From: an uncultured Rubrobacteraceae bacterium
GTDB taxonomy: Bacteria; Actinomycetota; Rubrobacteria; Rubrobacterales; Rubrobacteraceae
Direction of reading: 5' to 3'
DNA: 64,000 bases
Assembly: GCA_902805975.1 (NCBI GenBank)
Contig: CADCUT010000208.1
Coordinates: forward strand, 1,517-65,516
This document shows positions 1 through 9,088 of this stretch, piece by piece. The notes below the pieces were generated by a model. It was not told where the DNA came from, ran no database searches, and worked only from the letters and a program-made list of their open reading frames with translations. The stretch's first letter is position 1. Every line of letters begins with the position of its first letter. Both the position numbers and the translations under genes were made by a program.

Positions 1-161
1 CGCTCGTGGGCCAGGCCGACCCTCCGCCCCCACTCCCCCGGACCCATCCGGCCCATCTCCTCCAACACGGGCCCGTAGCGGGCGAGAGGCTCCCCGTCAC
101 GCCCGAACACTTCATTGGGACCCGGCAACTCGCGGGTGAACTCTACGAAGGCTTCAGGCAT
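1..161 (-). CDS. N-terminus of a probable circularly permuted type 2 ATP-grasp protein (runs off the window start)
   Basis: Manual translation from ATG at 161: MPEAFVEFTRELPGPNEVFGRDGEPLARYGPVLEEMGRMGPGEWGRRVGLAHE..., which resembles the DEMF..DG.PR.HY..L...L..LG..E..RR start of that family. Not in the ORF track. Confidence 0.45.
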   Translation of the reverse strand, partial: MPEAFVEFTRELPGPNEVFGRDGEPLARYGPVLEEMGRMGPGEWGRRVGLAHE

Positions 162-300
162 CAGGCTTCAGGCATCGGTTTTCGCTCGATGGGACAGCTC
201 CTGGCGGGCGGGGACGAGAGTTCCATGCGGGTGATGGTAGCGCTTTTGCCCAAAGGTCGCGACCTTTGGGCTCTACCTGAAGCCTGAGACCTAATACCTA
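151..300. repeat. Heptamer tandem arrays in inverted orientation (GCTTCAG GCATCAG GCTTCAG GCATCGG at 151-178; minus-strand GTATTAG GTCTCAG GCTTCAG at 277-297) flanking a perfect 24-bp palindrome at 248-271
   Basis: Read directly; palindrome GCCCAAAGGTCGCGACCTTTGGGC. Confidence 0.7.
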
Positions 301-720
301 CCCAAACACTCCGACGAGGGCGCAGGGCAGGCCGAGCATGAACGAGAGCGAGAACGTTATGGCGAAGAAGACGTTGTGCTCGGAGACGTAGGAGTAGAGG
401 CGGTTGTAGTGGAGCATCAGGAGGGCGGAGGGGACGGCGATGCCGGTCATCAGGACCGCCATCACGCGGACGGTGTTGAGCGGCCCTATGCGATCGCTCA
501 CCCTGGGGTTGAGCAGGAGAAGCCCGAACCAGTCGGCCGTGAGCATCAGGGAGATGCAGAAGACCACGAGCAGGCCGACGAAGACCGGACGCGGGAAGAG
601 CGGCCCGCGAACCGGGGCGTCGGGGCTCCCATCATCTTCGTCGAGAAGCTTCTTTGGGGGTCCGCCGAAGGGCTTCGGCCACCTGTTCGGGTTCTTCATG
701 ACCGGGTAATGGTAGCGCAT
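298..720 (-). CDS. Hypothetical membrane protein (about 3 TM helices)
   Basis: 140-aa ORF, GGAG RBS, hydrophobic segments, directly downstream of the SDR gene. Confidence 0.7.
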   Translation of the reverse strand: MRYHYPVMKNPNRWPKPFGGPPKKLLDEDDGSPDAPVRGPLFPRPVFVGLLVVFCISLMLTADWFGLLLLNPRVSDRIGPLNTVRVMAVLMTGIAVPSALLMLHYNRLYSYVSEHNVFFAITFSLSFMLGLPCALVGVFG

Positions 721-740
721 GTTCTCCGGTCGCGTCGCCC

Positions 741-1556
741 CTAACCTCTGACGAAACCTCCCTCGGAGTGGATGGTCTGGCCCGTGATCCAGGCGGCCTC
801 GTCGCCGGCGAGGAAGGCCACGAGCCGCGCCGCGTCCTCCGGCTGCCCGATCCTGCCGGCCGGGGACTTTGTCAGCAACTCCCGCCTCAGGTCCTCCGGG
901 ATCCAGCCCGTATCCGTGGGACCGGGGTTGATGGCGTTGACGGTGATGCCCCTGTGCCCCACCCCGGCCGCGAGCGACCTCGTGAACGCCTCGATGGCCC
1001 CCTTGGTCATGCCGTAGGCCAGCTCGTCCTGCATGGGACCCAAGGACTGACCGGAACTGAAGTTGACGATCCTGCCCCCCGGACCGCCCGGATACCGCCG
1101 CGCGAAGAGCACCGACAGCAGCGCCATCGCCCGCACGTTGACGGCGTGGTGGGCGTCGATGGTCCCGGCGTCGAGTCGCTCGTAGCCGTCGCGCGTCGAG
1201 TGTGCGGCGACGTTGACGAGGATGGATGGCACGCCGAGCCTCTCTTCTGCCGCGTCGAGTAGCGCCTCGGGGGACGCCGCCAGCGAGAGATCGGCTTCGA
1301 CGGCCTCGGCACGGACGCCCGCGCCCCGGAGCTCCTCGACGAGCCTTGCGGGCTCGTCCTCGTCGGAGTCCGGCGGCACCCCGCGGCCGTGGGACTCTAA
1401 ATAAGAGAGCGCGATGTCGGCGCCGCGGGCGGCGAGCGCCCGGCAGACGGCCGACCCTATGCCCCGCCGATTCCCCACGCCGGTGACGACGGCCACACGC
1501 CCCCGCAACTCGTCAGACCTGACGAACGGCTTGGGAGTATCGGGGGGTTCCTGCAT
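741..1556 (-). CDS. SDR family oxidoreductase (3-ketoacyl-ACP reductase-like)
   Basis: TGVGNRRGIG Rossmann motif, YGMTK (YxxxK), VNAINPGPTDTGW; AAGGAG RBS. Confidence 0.9.
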   Translation of the reverse strand: MQEPPDTPKPFVRSDELRGRVAVVTGVGNRRGIGSAVCRALAARGADIALSYLESHGRGVPPDSDEDEPARLVEELRGAGVRAEAVEADLSLAASPEALLDAAEERLGVPSILVNVAAHSTRDGYERLDAGTIDAHHAVNVRAMALLSVLFARRYPGGPGGRIVNFSSGQSLGPMQDELAYGMTKGAIEAFTRSLAAGVGHRGITVNAINPGPTDTGWIPEDLRRELLTKSPAGRIGQPEDAARLVAFLAGDEAAWITGQTIHSEGGFVRG

Positions 1557-1726
1557 GGTCTACTCCTTGTGGCGGGGTCCGCGCAGCGAGCCAGGGTGTG
1601 ATCCGCTAATGCCGATGGTTTCGGGGACCCACGCCGGCGGGTCACGGCCGGAAACTACCACAGGGGACAGCACGGCTCAACAGGAGCCAACGAGCGCAGG
1701 ACTCGCCTCTTGAGATCGGCGCGGGC

Positions 1727-2881
1727 CTAGGAGGCCGCCGGGACCGCGTTGTCCGCGGCGCGGTTGGCGGCTGCGTGGAGGGCTTCGAGGGACTCGGACG
1801 AGGTCATGCCTGAGGCCCGCAGAAGGTCCACGGCGGTGGACCGGATCTGGCCCACCATCATGCTGGTCTGGAGGTCGCTGCGGTCCCGGAGCACAGCGGT
1901 TGCCTCCTCGGCCGCCTCTAGCGCGAACCGGCGGGTGTCAAGCGGGTGCTCGGGCTCCTCGATGTAGGTTGCGAGCGCCTCCACGGCGCGGGCGAGGTCG
2001 AGGATCGTGTCAGAGAGCTCCTCCGGGGCCTCCGTGCCCTCCCTCACCATGGTCACCGCGGCCCGCGCCAGCACCCTCACGTTGCGGACGGCGAGGTCGA
2101 GCTGGTCGGCGGCGGTCGCGTAGAACCCTAGCTGCCCGAGCGCCCGGCGCCGGGGCGGCGAGAGCCTCGCGGTGTCGTAACCGGCGTCGAGGGCCTCCTT
2201 GAAGGAGCCCACGCGCGCGTCCGTCTCGCGCGCCTTCTGCAGGGCATGCTCGGCCATCTGGAGGTTCCCGGCCCGCAGGGCCGCGGCCATCTCCCTCAAA
2301 GACTCCACGAGGTCGTCGAAGATCGGGTGCGCCGCCCGCTCCACGATCTCCTTCGGATCGCTCGGGAAGACGGCCCGCACCAGGAGCGCCACGCCGGCGC
2401 CGAGCATCGCGTCCACGAAGCGGTCCGGCGACCAGCCCGAGGTCGTGGGATCCAGCATGACCGTGAAGAGCGCCGTGACACCGGCCTCGGAGACGAGCAT
2501 CGGCCCGCCGCCGAGCAGCCACGCCACCGTCATGGCCAGGGCGATGACCACCCCGATCTGAACGGTCCCCGTCCCGATGAGCCTCACGAGCACGTCGGCG
2601 ACCGCGAGCCCGCACGCCACCCCGAAGACGAGCTCCAGCACGCGACGACCCTCCTGCCCGACCACCACGCCGAGCGAGATCACAGCCGCTATCGCCGCGA
2701 AGAAGGGACGCTCGTGCCCGACCACCGCAGACGCGACAAACCACGCCAGGCTCGCCGCGACCGCCGTCTGCACGATGGGCAAAGCCCCCGTCCGCAACCG
2801 GACGAGCGTCTCACCGAATTGGCTGCGTAACGCCAGTATCTTCCCTTCGAAATTCACCCTCGTGAGCACGCCCAGGCCCAT
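1727..2881 (-). CDS. FUSC / aromatic acid exporter family membrane protein
   Basis: PFFAAIAAVISLG motif, TM N-terminus and helical cytoplasmic C-terminus; GGAGGTG RBS before ATG 2881. Confidence 0.8.
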   Translation of the reverse strand: MGLGVLTRVNFEGKILALRSQFGETLVRLRTGALPIVQTAVAASLAWFVASAVVGHERPFFAAIAAVISLGVVVGQEGRRVLELVFGVACGLAVADVLVRLIGTGTVQIGVVIALAMTVAWLLGGGPMLVSEAGVTALFTVMLDPTTSGWSPDRFVDAMLGAGVALLVRAVFPSDPKEIVERAAHPIFDDLVESLREMAAALRAGNLQMAEHALQKARETDARVGSFKEALDAGYDTARLSPPRRRALGQLGFYATAADQLDLAVRNVRVLARAAVTMVREGTEAPEELSDTILDLARAVEALATYIEEPEHPLDTRRFALEAAEEATAVLRDRSDLQTSMMVGQIRSTAVDLLRASGMTSSESLEALHAAANRAADNAVPAAS

Positions 2882-3202
2882 GGCCGAACACCTCCCTTCA
2901 AAAGCAACGCCACCCGGCAACCTCGCCGCGCGGCGTGTCTACAACGTTCCCTCGCGGCAACTATGTGCCACGAACACACAGCCCGAAGTTATCACGCGAG
3001 TACACCCGATCAAGGCGTCTGACCGCCCTTTTAACGAACTGTTACCAGACTGTTGCGAACAGTTGCAAAGTGGTGTCGCCCAGAGGGAAGTAGATCCGAG
3101 AAACCGGGCCTGGTGGCCGGATTCGGGGTACTCTGAATGAACTCTCAGTCGTGTTTCGTCGGGTGGGTCTCCCCGCCCATACGTTCTACCCGTACGCGAT
3201 GG

Positions 3203-3422
3203 TCAGGCGGCTCCGGCCTCCACGTACTCGCTAGTGGAGGAGGGCTCAGGCGGCGGCGGATCCTCTTCGCGGATGTCCCCAAGTGTGCAACTCGATGGCC
3301 TCCTGGATCAAACGCGTTGCCTCGTCTCTGGTCTCCCCCACGGCAACGCAACCCGGAAGGTCCGGCCCGTAGGCGCCAAGACCGTTATCGCCCCGCTCTA
3401 CGAATACCACGTTTGTGCTCAC
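3203..3422 (-). pseudogene. hicB: HicB-family antitoxin, +1 frameshift, no hicA partner
   Basis: GTG overlaps the phzF stop (GTGA): MSTNVVFVERGDNGLGAYGPDLPGCVAVGETRDEATRLIQEAIELH, then one extra base; the shifted frame continues LGDIREEDPPPPEPSSTSEYVEAGAA*, matching the short HicB pattern (PDLPGC..G.T.EEA....EAIE.HL..L.E...P.P.P....EYVEV). Confidence 0.75.
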
Positions 3423-4282
3423 ACCAGCTCTCCTCGCGCCACCAGCTGGACCTTTCCGCCGACGGAGACGTTGATCTCGTCGCGTTCTCTTTCGGCTTGC
3501 AGGTACAGGAGCGATGGGCGTTGGATCTCGTACCCCTGCTCCACCCGCACGTCCACGGAGTCCGTGCCGAAGTAGCGGTGCTCGACGAGGTAACCGGCGA
3601 GGCAGCCGGCGGCGCTGCCGGTGGCGGGGTCTTCGGAGACGCCCAGATCGCCGCTGAACATGCGGGCGGAGAGGTCGCCGGACCCGTCTTCGTGCGGCTC
3701 GGGGCAGAACGCGTAGAGGTTCTTGCCCGCGGCGGCGGTCTCGCGGTAGAGGTCCCAGTTCACCCGGCAGCGCTTGAGGGCGTCGAGGGTCCCCAGCGGG
3801 ACGATGACGGCGGGCAGGCCCGTCGAGACCTCCTGGACCGGATGGCGGTCGTCGAGGTCCTCCCCTTCGAGGTTGAGGACCCGGGCGAGGCGGCCAGGGT
3901 CGAGCGTCTGGCCGAAGGTTGGGGGGAGTTGGCGCATCTGGAGGACGTCGCCGAAGGTTACGGGGATCTTCCCTGCCCTGAGGTTGAGGACGATACGTTC
4001 GGCGGGTTCGGCGAGGATCTCGGCCCGGATCACGTCCGCCGTCCCGAGGGTCGGGTGGCCGGCGAAGGGGACCTCCCCACCCGGCGTGAAGATGCGGACG
4101 TCGTACCCGCCGTCGCGCTCCTTCTCGGAGAGGATAAAGGTCGTCTCCGAGTAGTTCATCTCCCGCGTTATCTTCTGGAGGACCTCGTCCGGCAGGTCAG
4201 CGGCGCCGCGGACGACGGCGAGGGGGTTACCGGCGTACTTCTCTTCGGCGAAGACGTCCACGATGGTGAAGGCGAGGCTCAT
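3419..4282 (-). CDS. phzF: PhzF family isomerase/epimerase
   Basis: VDVF...GNPLAVV, EMNYSETTF, RIFTP..EVPFAGHPTLG, EDPATGSA motifs. Confidence 0.92.
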   Translation of the reverse strand: MSLAFTIVDVFAEEKYAGNPLAVVRGAADLPDEVLQKITREMNYSETTFILSEKERDGGYDVRIFTPGGEVPFAGHPTLGTADVIRAEILAEPAERIVLNLRAGKIPVTFGDVLQMRQLPPTFGQTLDPGRLARVLNLEGEDLDDRHPVQEVSTGLPAVIVPLGTLDALKRCRVNWDLYRETAAAGKNLYAFCPEPHEDGSGDLSARMFSGDLGVSEDPATGSAAGCLAGYLVEHRYFGTDSVDVRVEQGYEIQRPSLLYLQAERERDEINVSVGGKVQLVARGELV

Positions 4283-4291
4283 CCGCGTCCC

Positions 4292-5119
4292 CTATCCGTA
4301 GTCCGGGTCGCTCGTCGCCATCCGCATGACCCCGATAAACATCTTGAAGGCGGTCTCGTAGTCGTCGTGGGTCCAGGAGACGATCCGGTCGCCCACCCGC
4401 TCCAGTTGCGGGAAGAAGACGACGCCGGCGGCCGTGCTCGCGGTCGCGAACTCGACGGTGAAGGTGTAGGGCGACCCCGGCGCGTATGGCGCGAGGTCCC
4501 CGGCACCGTGGACGGCGGCCTCCGCCGCCCCGCGAATGCGTTCCAGCGCGGTCCTCTGTGGCAGGCACCGGGCCGTGTAGCGGTCGACGGCGGTCTTTAC
4601 CTGCGCGGTCCTGACGTTGGCGTAGAGGGACTCCGCCTCCTCGCAGGCCGGGTCGTCTCCGGTGACGAGCCCGACGGGGATGCCGGAGAGGCCCGCGAGC
4701 GTGGCGTTCATGCGGGCCTCGCTGCACGGCTCGCCGTTCAGTTGGACGTCCGTGACGACCGAGGGGCTGTTGAACGTGTGGCTCAGGACGCCCTCGGCGC
4801 CAGCGCGGGCATGGTAGCCGACGAAGAACGCGACGTCCGCTCCCTCGAAGCCCTGCATCATCGAGAGGGGTTTTTTGGAGCCGACGATAAGCTCCGCGCG
4901 CTCGTCGAGGTCTTCGAGGAGGATGTTGCGCATCCCGTCGTGGGCCTCGTTCACGAGGAACTCGGTGGCACCGCCCTGCGATGCGCCCTCGATGGCGGCG
5001 TTCACGTCGGCGGTCAGGAAGCGGCGAAAGCGTTCGTACTGGCTCCTGCCCGGGATCACGTCCTGCGGGTGCGTAACACCCGTAACACCCTCCATGTCCG
5101 CCGAGATAAAGACCCTCAA
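4292..5119 (-). CDS. dppA: M55 family D-aminopeptidase
   Basis: FISADMEG, NEAHDGMRN, GYHA, LSHT zinc-binding motifs. Confidence 0.92.
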   Translation of the reverse strand: MRVFISADMEGVTGVTHPQDVIPGRSQYERFRRFLTADVNAAIEGASQGGATEFLVNEAHDGMRNILLEDLDERAELIVGSKKPLSMMQGFEGADVAFFVGYHARAGAEGVLSHTFNSPSVVTDVQLNGEPCSEARMNATLAGLSGIPVGLVTGDDPACEEAESLYANVRTAQVKTAVDRYTARCLPQRTALERIRGAAEAAVHGAGDLAPYAPGSPYTFTVEFATASTAAGVVFFPQLERVGDRIVSWTHDDYETAFKMFIGVMRMATSDPDYG

Positions 5120-5171
5120 TGCGCTTCCCCCCCGATGTGATCCAGATCAAGAACCAGTGTACAATGTATGC

Positions 5172-5420
5172 ATGACGGTGTTTCGCTACGGGCGGGATCA
5201 CTTCGAGGAGGGCGAATACGTGCGGCGCACGGACGCGACCCCCGGCGACAACCTCGACCCCGTAGTCCGCATCGTCGAAGACCTCGGAACCGTCGAGATC
5301 CCCTGCGGCAAAGCGGACTGTCGCAGCAACTGCCTGGAATACATAGTCCGCGCCGTCGGCAGGCGCGAAGACTACGCCCTGGCAGACTGCAAGATCTCCC
5401 CGCTCGTAAGCATTATCTGA
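5172..5420 (+). CDS. Small hypothetical protein (82 aa) with a Cx4Cx3C cluster, probably leaderless
   Basis: MTVFRYGRDHFEEGEYVRR...IPCGKADCRSNCLEY...; TACAAT 6 nt upstream of ATG; fills the gap between dppA and the next gene; GC3-rich codons. Confidence 0.65.
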   Translation: MTVFRYGRDHFEEGEYVRRTDATPGDNLDPVVRIVEDLGTVEIPCGKADCRSNCLEYIVRAVGRREDYALADCKISPLVSII

Positions 5421-5453
5421 TTTCAGTACGCCTCCCTGCGGGCGGCGTGCTAC

Positions 5454-6008
5454 CTAGTAATCAAACTGGTCGTAGGTTTTCTGCCGCGGCGGCTCTCCGG
5501 CCTCGTAGAGGCGCTGGAGGGCGCCGCCCAGCAGGGGTGAGAGGAAGAGGCCGGCGAGGCCGGCGGGGAGCAGGTCTCTTGCGATGGACCAGGCTATGAG
5601 GAGTCCGACGCCGGGAGCGGAGTGGACGGAGTTGCGGACGAGCTTTAGCGGGTCGAGGACGCCGCCGGGCGGGAGGATACCGTAGGCGTAGACGAGCAGG
5701 GTGAGGACGCCGGAGATAGTGCCGGTCAACAGGGCCAGGGCGAGGCTGAGGACCAGGCGCGAGCCGGAGCTGCCGTCCTCGCCGGAGCCGCGGCGCAGGA
5801 GTAGCGCGCCGCCGAAGATCGGGGCGGCAATAAAGCCCGAGATCAGGCCGACACCCATGTAGACCAGGGCGAGGGTCGTCAGGTCGCCCTCGCTGCTCTG
5901 TCCACCCTGCATGATCAGGAGCACGAAAGGCTCTGGAAAGAGCGACTTCACGAACATGAAGCCGAACCCGTAGGCGAGCCCGATGCCAAGTAAACGCAGT
6001 ACTATCAA
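5454..6008 (-). CDS. Hypothetical membrane protein (about 4 TM)
   Basis: 184-aa hydrophobic ORF, TTG start with GGAG RBS. Confidence 0.7.
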   Translation of the reverse strand: MIVLRLLGIGLAYGFGFMFVKSLFPEPFVLLIMQGGQSSEGDLTTLALVYMGVGLISGFIAAPIFGGALLLRRGSGEDGSSGSRLVLSLALALLTGTISGVLTLLVYAYGILPPGGVLDPLKLVRNSVHSAPGVGLLIAWSIARDLLPAGLAGLFLSPLLGGALQRLYEAGEPPRQKTYDQFDY

Positions 6009-6113
6009 AGCCGCTCCGGCCCGCCTCTCAGGCTGTTGTGGATCTCTCTCATACGCCCGAGAATCTACCGCCCGTTTGCCCGAAAGTCAGCAAGAGGTTT
6101 CACGGGGCGCCGC

Positions 6114-7514
6114 CTACTCGGCAGCCCCCGTGCCAGCGCCCTCGTCGCTCGCGTCCACCCAGACCGTCTTCGGGTTCATGAACTCGTGGATGCCGAAGTG
6201 GGAGAGCTCGCGTCCGTAGCCCGAGTTCTTGGCGCCGCCGAACGGGATCTCTGGCGTGGACTCGGTCATGCGGTTGATGTAGGTCATGCCGGCCTCTATC
6301 TCGTTGACGAACCGCTCCTGCTCGTCCGGATCGCCCGTCCAGGCCGAGGAGCTCAGGCCGAAGTCCGAGTCGTTGGCGAGGGCGATTGCCTCCTCTATGC
6401 CGCCTACCCGGAACAGCGAGGCGACGGGGCCGAAGATCTCCTCCCGGTAGGCCGGCGAATCCTCGGGGATGTCCGTCAGTACGGTCGGAGGGTAGAAGTT
6501 GCCCGGCCCATCGCCCGGCTTGCCGCCGGTGAGTACCTTCGCCCCTGCCTCGACGCTCTTCTCCACCTGCCCCGTCACGTCTTCGAGGATCTGGGGCGTT
6601 GCGAGCGGGCCCATGTCCGTGTTCTCGTCCATCGGGTCGCCCACCTTCAGCGCGGCCATGCCCTCGACGTAGCGGCGCTCGAACTCGTCAGCGACCTCCT
6701 CGTGGACGATGATCCTCTTCGCGTTGATGCACGACTGGCCGTTGTTGAGGGTGCGCGAGGTGACGGCGGTGCTTATCGCCTTGTCGAGGTCAGCACTCGG
6801 CATCACGATGAACGGGTCGCTGCCGCCGAGCTCGAGTACGGTCTTCTTTATATTTCCCCCGGCCTCGCTCGCGACCTGCCGCCCGGCCGGCTCGCTGCCG
6901 GTCAGCGTCGCCGCCCGCACGCGCGGGTCGTCTATGACGGCCTGGACCTGGGAGGAGGAGATAAGCAGCGTCTGGAACGCCCCCTCAGGAAACCCGGCCC
7001 GGTGGATGACGTCCTCTATGGCGAGCGCGCACTGGGGAACGTTGGAGGCGTGCTTGAGCAGTCCCACGTTCCCGGCCATAAGCGCGGGCGCTGCGAACCG
7101 GAAGACCTGCCAGAACGGGAAGTTCCACGGCATGATCGCCAGCACGGGACCTATGGGCTGGTAGCGGATGAACGTGCGCGCGCCCTCCATCTCTATCTGC
7201 TCATCAGCGAGCATCGCCTCGGCGTTCTCGGCGTAGTAGCGGCAGCCGCGGGCGCACTTGTTCGCCTCGCCTATGGCCGAGGCGAGCGTCTTGCCCATCT
7301 CGAGCGTCATGATGCGCCCGAGGGGCTCGGCCTCTTCTTCCAAAATCTCCGCCGCCCGCAAGAGCCACCCGGCCCGCTCGGCGAAGGAGGTCTTCCGGTA
7401 CTCGCGGAAGGTCTCCGCCGCGAACTGGAGCTTCCGGTCTATCTCCGCATCGCCCAGGGCGTCGAAGGTCTCGAGCTCTTCTCCCGTCGCCGGGTTGATG
7501 GTGGATATCGCCAC
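6114..7514 (-). CDS. gabD: NAD(P)-dependent succinate-semialdehyde dehydrogenase
   Basis: IMPWNFPFWQ, LTGS..AG, LELGGSDP, NNGQSC, EEIFGPV; GAGGAGG RBS before GTG 7514. Confidence 0.9.
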   Translation of the reverse strand: MAISTINPATGEELETFDALGDAEIDRKLQFAAETFREYRKTSFAERAGWLLRAAEILEEEAEPLGRIMTLEMGKTLASAIGEANKCARGCRYYAENAEAMLADEQIEMEGARTFIRYQPIGPVLAIMPWNFPFWQVFRFAAPALMAGNVGLLKHASNVPQCALAIEDVIHRAGFPEGAFQTLLISSSQVQAVIDDPRVRAATLTGSEPAGRQVASEAGGNIKKTVLELGGSDPFIVMPSADLDKAISTAVTSRTLNNGQSCINAKRIIVHEEVADEFERRYVEGMAALKVGDPMDENTDMGPLATPQILEDVTGQVEKSVEAGAKVLTGGKPGDGPGNFYPPTVLTDIPEDSPAYREEIFGPVASLFRVGGIEEAIALANDSDFGLSSSAWTGDPDEQERFVNEIEAGMTYINRMTESTPEIPFGGAKNSGYGRELSHFGIHEFMNPKTVWVDASDEGAGTGAAE

Positions 7515-7581
7515 GGTGAACCCTCCTCGGATGGTGTCAGGCTTGCAACGGATCAAATATACACTTTCGGTGAGCCTGGGC

Positions 7582-7821
7582 TCACGGCGCCCACGAGCCG
7601 AGGCCCGTGGTGTCTTCCAGGAGCTGCCGGGCGTAATCGACGTCCGTCTCGGGGACGAGAACGTCCCTGGGGCCGGCGGCGAGAAAGTCCGGGACGTCGA
7701 AACCGGACGCCCTGCGGACCAGGGCGGGCACGCCGGCCCCCTTCAGCAACCCCTCCATGAGCAACGCCACCGTCTCGTTGGGGGCGGATCCAACCTTCAC
7801 CCAGTCAGCCAATCGGCCCAC
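7582..7821 (-). CDS. DUF2007-like small protein
   Basis: 79 aa, A.L..GLL..AG+PA and VLVPE.D...AR.LL pattern; AGGAG RBS. Confidence 0.65.
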   Translation of the reverse strand: MGRLADWVKVGSAPNETVALLMEGLLKGAGVPALVRRASGFDVPDFLAAGPRDVLVPETDVDYARQLLEDTTGLGSWAP

Positions 7822-7906
7822 CTCTCTCCTCCTATTACCGTCAGTCTATCTTCCGAGGACGCCGGCCGCGAGGCCAACCACGCGCCGCGATAGAATCAGA
7901 GGAGCG

Positions 7907-9076
7907 ATGAGCGTGGATCTAACATCGGACCCCGTCGGGGCGAGGCGCCTCATCCTGGAGCGGGCGCGGGCCGCGGGTTTCGACCTCGTCGGGGTGACGC
8001 GGGCGGAGCCCCTGCGGGAGGGTGGCGAGCGGCTTCGCCGGTGGCAGGAGGCGGGGATGGCGGCTGACATGGGTTTCATGCACAGGCCCGTGGAGCTGCT
8101 GGCGAACCCGAAGAAGCTTCAGAAGAGCGCCAGGAGCGTGGTCTCGCTCGGGGTCTCGTACTACCCGGGCGAGCATCCAGAGAACGATGAGGGCGGCGGG
8201 CGGGTGGCGCGGTACGCCTGGGGGCGGGACTACCACGAGGTCATCAAGGCGCGGCTGTTCCGGCTGAGGGAGAACCTCGAAGAAGCGCTTGGGGCGAAGA
8301 TCAAGGCCCGCGGGTTCACCGACGCGGTGCCACTCCTTGAGCGGTCGGCGGCCCAGCGGGCGGGGCTAGGGTTCTTCGGGCGCAACTCCTGTCTAATAGA
8401 CGGGGACATCGGGTCCTACTTCTTTATTGCCGACCTGATCGTCGACCTTGAGCTTGAGCCGGACGAGCCTGGAACGGGGACGTGCGGGCGCTGCACCCGC
8501 TGTATGGACCGCTGCCCGACCGGTGCCATAAAAGCCCCTGGCGTGGTGGACGCGAGGCTCTGCATCTCGTACCTCACCATAGAGAACAGAGGTGAGATCC
8601 CCCGCGAGCTGCGCGGATCGGTGGGCGACTGGGCCTTTGGCTGCGACGTCTGCCAGGAGGTCTGCCCGTACAACAAGACGAAGGCCACCGAGAGCCGCTG
8701 GCCGGAGTTCTCGGCCCAGAGCGGCGCCGGCCCGTACCTCGGGATCGAGGGGGTACTCAGGATACGAACCGACGGGGAGTTCGAGGCGCGCTTCGCCGGG
8801 ACGCCGCTCACGCGTCCGGGCCGGGCCGGGCTTCTGAGGAACTGCTGCGTGGTGGCCGGTAACCTGAAGCTGGAGAGGGCGGTCCCGGTACTTGAAGACT
8901 GTTTGAGTAGCGACCCCTCGAGCCTGGTTCGGGGTCACGCGGCGTGGGCGCTGGGTGAGATCGGGGTCTCCAGAGATGCGCTTCGGGGGGCGGCGGAGGC
9001 GGAGGCGGACGGGTGGTGCCTGGGGGAGATCCGGCACGCGCTGGTGGGGGCGGCCGGGGACCCAAGCTTAGGTTAG
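7907..9076 (+). CDS. queG: tRNA epoxyqueuosine(34) reductase
   Basis: ARYAWGRDYH, CGRCTRCMDRCPTGA, CISYLTIE, FGCDVCQEVCP, C-terminal HEAT repeat. Confidence 0.95.
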   Translation: MSVDLTSDPVGARRLILERARAAGFDLVGVTRAEPLREGGERLRRWQEAGMAADMGFMHRPVELLANPKKLQKSARSVVSLGVSYYPGEHPENDEGGGRVARYAWGRDYHEVIKARLFRLRENLEEALGAKIKARGFTDAVPLLERSAAQRAGLGFFGRNSCLIDGDIGSYFFIADLIVDLELEPDEPGTGTCGRCTRCMDRCPTGAIKAPGVVDARLCISYLTIENRGEIPRELRGSVGDWAFGCDVCQEVCPYNKTKATESRWPEFSAQSGAGPYLGIEGVLRIRTDGEFEARFAGTPLTRPGRAGLLRNCCVVAGNLKLERAVPVLEDCLSSDPSSLVRGHAAWALGEIGVSRDALRGAAEAEADGWCLGEIRHALVGAAGDPSLG

Positions 9077-9088
9077 AATAGGGAAACG

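Noticed and set aside
248-271. 24-bp perfect palindrome as terminator for the minus-strand membrane gene
   Set aside because: Followed by A's, not U's, on the minus strand; kept only as part of the repeat element.
6-287. 93-aa plus-strand ORF
   Set aside because: Overlaps a more protein-like minus-strand frame (1-161) and runs through the repeat element.
2920-3200. Possible hicA or tmRNA/tRNA in the lower-GC gap
   Set aside because: No GSH-containing HicA frame and no cloverleaf or tmRNA ends recognised.
3137-5140. 667-aa plus-strand ORF, and similar long ORFs at 6036-7760, 24347-26575, 42037-43452, 61276-62847 and 62544-63842
   Set aside because: Antisense shadows of well-supported genes; stop-poor frames are expected in high-GC DNA and they carry no recognisable motifs.
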